The notes under the pieces are model-generated. The model had not been told where the DNA came from and made no database searches. It saw nothing but the letters and a program-made list of their open reading frames with translations. The position numbers and the translations under genes were made by a program. This document shows, one piece after another, positions 36,127 through 38,527 of a DNA stretch of 38,527 bases. Positions within the stretch are counted from its first letter, which is position 1. Every line of letters starts with the position of its first letter. The DNA is taken from the IMG/VR virus record IMGVR_UViG_2563366883_000008, one strand, 5' to 3'. This stretch comes from a virus (Duplodnaviria; Heunggongvirae; Uroviricota; Caudoviricetes).

Positions 36127-36159
36127 AACCTGAGTCGCCGCTCGGGTTATTTTTTTATT
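36127..36159. terminator. Hairpin plus T-run in the A-B intergenic region
   Basis: aacctgag/ctcgggtt stem (one G-U) with loop tcgccg, followed on the plus strand by atttttttatt; on the minus strand it lies between the A stop and the B RBS. Confidence 0.35.
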
Positions 36160-38250
36160 TCAGGCCAGCGGGTCATTTTCTTTTAATTTCGCTTCGAGCA
36201 ACTGCAATCCCCGCTGGAAATTACGCTCGTATTCTTCATCAGGCTCATCATCAACGGCAGGTTGCTGAACGGCCACCGTATTACCTACCGGGCGATAGAT
36301 GTTTTCCAGCCAGGGCTCTTGCGGCTTGTGCTCCAGCACGTTGACCACCTCATCCTCGGCATCACGGATTTTTTCCTCTGCACGTTTACGCATGCCTTTA
36401 AGGCGTTGCTGCTGTTTGTAGTATTCCGCGCTGACCGGGAAGGCTTCGCGTTTATTGCCGTCCCATACCGCCTCGCAAATCACGCTGCCATCCAGGCGAC
36501 GCACGGTAATTCGTTCGGCATCATGAATGTCATAGCTGATAAGCACCTTGCGGCCATGCTCGTCACGCAGCTCGGGCGCGTAGTAAATATTATTCAGCCA
36601 GCGTATTTCACAGCGTCTTACAGGGCGTTCCACCATCGGCCGGAACATATCCCGCAGCTCAACATCGGACAGCCATTCAATTTCAGTGTCCTCTTCCGCC
36701 AGGCGTTTTTTTCTGAACTCCGCCGGGCTGTAATGTTTCCCGTTCGGCTTCATGGGTAATTCATCGTGCGGCCGGTTGTTGTACCACTCAACACCGTCAC
36801 GAATGGCATCAATCAGTTCAGACCAGGACGGTAAATCACGCATCGCTGACTGCTGCCGGGCGTTCAGCCGTTTGCCCTGTTGCAGGGCAGTAAATGCCGA
36901 GCGTAAATCGCGGTTGGTTTTGCGTAACGTCTCGCGATCTGCACCTTTCCCGAAATAGGTGCGGTATTTACGGGCTATGCGCATCGGTAATGTGCGGTTA
37001 AGCCGTTCGATAATGCCTCGTCCCTGCGGATTACCGGCAATCCCGGTCGGGTGATTAATCCCCAGTCGCGGCAGTATCCCCACAACCTCCTTATCCAGGA
37101 TGTCGGCGGTTTCCCCGGAGCCGTTATCCGAGTAATACAGAAACGGTTTGCCGTGATGGCGAATGCCGTGCTGTATGGCTCCGGCTACGGCGAAAACATT
37201 TTCAGCCAGGTCAAGGCTCCAGCCCACCACAAAGCGCGTGCCACCGTCGATAACAAAGGTCACTTCCGGTGCAAATGGCCGACCGTGAACCGGGTGTGCG
37301 CATTTCAGCTTCATGCCGTGACCGTCACCAATCCAGACATAATTCACCGGCATTTTTGACCAGTCGCGGCGCGTGAATCCCTCAAGCTGGCGGTATTCAC
37401 TGCCGGTCACCCGGCCTTTTTGTTTCACCACTTCCGGCAGTTTCTTCATTGCGCGGCGAATGGTGTCATAAGACGGCATGATATCGAGCATATAAGGCTC
37501 ATCAGCGTGCCGGTGCTGCCATTCAGCGACAAAATCCTCGTAAGCCTCGGTCATTGGTCGACCGTTTGACTGGCGATACTGCGCCAGAAACTCGGGCAGC
37601 CAGTTAATATCTTCGGCTTTTATTTCCTGGCGCTTACCCGGTGCCAGCAAAAGCAGGCGTTCAGCGGCGTTCTGCGCCTTGTTAAAGGCTGCAATCCAGC
37701 GTTTCAGCGTGATTTCACTCAACGCGCGGCTGTTTCCCTTTTTGGCGTTCGCCGTCTCAACCATTGCCACAATGCGCTCGTCCAGTTGCGAACGTGCCAG
37801 GTTGTCAACGATAAACCGGATAGCCTTCGCGCAGCTGAAACCGGGTTGTTGCGCGACTTTCATCACTTCGCTGACGATCGCGATTCGTGCATCAGCCACC
37901 TGGCGCTGGTTTTCAGTCAGGGCATTAAGGCGTTCAACCATCAGTTGTGGTGATCCGCGATATGCCTCCACCGCATCAACCACGGCAGGCGAGCGTCTGG
38001 CCTTTGTCACCACCGGAGCCGGTGATTCATCGGCTTTTTGCGTCATCAGTTGAAGGGCATAACGTTCACGCAATACTTGTTGCGCGCCAGAAGGCAAACA
38101 ATCGATATTAAATTCGATTGCTTTTGTCCCCTTACGTTTGCGTAACATGGCTGCATTTCCCGCAGCTGCTTTTGTGAGTCGATGGCGAATGTTATGTTCC
38201 ATCATTGGTAAATCAGGAAGACCAACACATTCTTTTGCTGTTACCCACAT
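36160..38250 (-). CDS. A: DDE transposase A (MuA-like), 696 aa
   Basis: Size, position between ner and B, central DDE-type core (VWIGDGHGMKL region). Confidence 0.9.
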   Translation of the reverse strand: MWVTAKECVGLPDLPMMEHNIRHRLTKAAAGNAAMLRKRKGTKAIEFNIDCLPSGAQQVLRERYALQLMTQKADESPAPVVTKARRSPAVVDAVEAYRGSPQLMVERLNALTENQRQVADARIAIVSEVMKVAQQPGFSCAKAIRFIVDNLARSQLDERIVAMVETANAKKGNSRALSEITLKRWIAAFNKAQNAAERLLLLAPGKRQEIKAEDINWLPEFLAQYRQSNGRPMTEAYEDFVAEWQHRHADEPYMLDIMPSYDTIRRAMKKLPEVVKQKGRVTGSEYRQLEGFTRRDWSKMPVNYVWIGDGHGMKLKCAHPVHGRPFAPEVTFVIDGGTRFVVGWSLDLAENVFAVAGAIQHGIRHHGKPFLYYSDNGSGETADILDKEVVGILPRLGINHPTGIAGNPQGRGIIERLNRTLPMRIARKYRTYFGKGADRETLRKTNRDLRSAFTALQQGKRLNARQQSAMRDLPSWSELIDAIRDGVEWYNNRPHDELPMKPNGKHYSPAEFRKKRLAEEDTEIEWLSDVELRDMFRPMVERPVRRCEIRWLNNIYYAPELRDEHGRKVLISYDIHDAERITVRRLDGSVICEAVWDGNKREAFPVSAEYYKQQQRLKGMRKRAEEKIRDAEDEVVNVLEHKPQEPWLENIYRPVGNTVAVQQPAVDDEPDEEYERNFQRGLQLLEAKLKENDPLA

Positions 38251-38260
38251 ACATCCCCCA

Positions 38261-38527
38261 TCAAGCCACTTCTCTGGCGTCCACCTGGTATCTGCTGGGC
38301 CAGATTACAGCAGGTTCAACCCCTATTTTTTCGGCGATGGCGGCTTCGTATTTACGGCACTGGCGGTAAAACACATTGCGCATTGATCCGCTTTTTAATC
38401 CTAACTCCCTTTCCAGTTCAGGGAGGTCTGTGCCTTTGTTTTCAAGGGCTGCATATACCGCTTTAGCAGACCAGTCACACCCCTCTCGAACAAACAAATT
38501 ATTCGATGCTTGTCTGGATACCCTCAT
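38261..38527 (-). CDS. ner: Ner-like DNA-binding regulator, 88 aa; start codon at the window edge
   Basis: PAVIWPSRYQ C-terminal motif typical of the Ner/Nlp family; immediately upstream of the transposase. Confidence 0.8.
   Translation of the reverse strand: MRVSRQASNNLFVREGCDWSAKAVYAALENKGTDLPELERELGLKSGSMRNVFYRQCRKYEAAIAEKIGVEPAVIWPSRYQVDAREVA

Noticed and set aside
36160-38250. Insertion sequence or composite transposon
   Set aside because: The DDE transposase and AAA+ ATPase are in the ner-A-B context of a transposable phage with a full virion gene set downstream; no terminal inverted repeats of an IS are visible in the window.

Overview
The window is almost entirely one Mu-like transposable prophage, read right-to-left (all core genes on the minus strand). 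From 38527 down to 1 the order is: ner, transposase A, ATPase B, an early accessory region (kil-position ORFs, gam, six unknown ORFs, gemA), a Mor/C-family activator, a lysis cassette (SAR-type endolysin, overlapped spanins), terminase/portal/head genes, tail sheath/tube/tape-measure/baseplate genes, a tail-fibre gene whose 3' end lies in a Gin-invertible segment bounded by perfect 148-bp inverted repeats, gin, a cargo block, and com-mom ending at position 1. Neither prophage end (repressor/attL beyond 38527, attR beyond 1) nor any host gene is visible. Layered on this backbone are several AT-rich insertions that look horizontally acquired and are the best candidates for undescribed functions: (i) an opposite-strand single-gene moron between gemA and mor, bracketed by two copies of one terminator hairpin; (ii) six unknown ORFs between gam and gemA; (iii) a 693-aa SGNH/SASA-type esterase plus small ORFs between gin and com. 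All protein family calls are from reading the translations and remembered family features; no database search was run.
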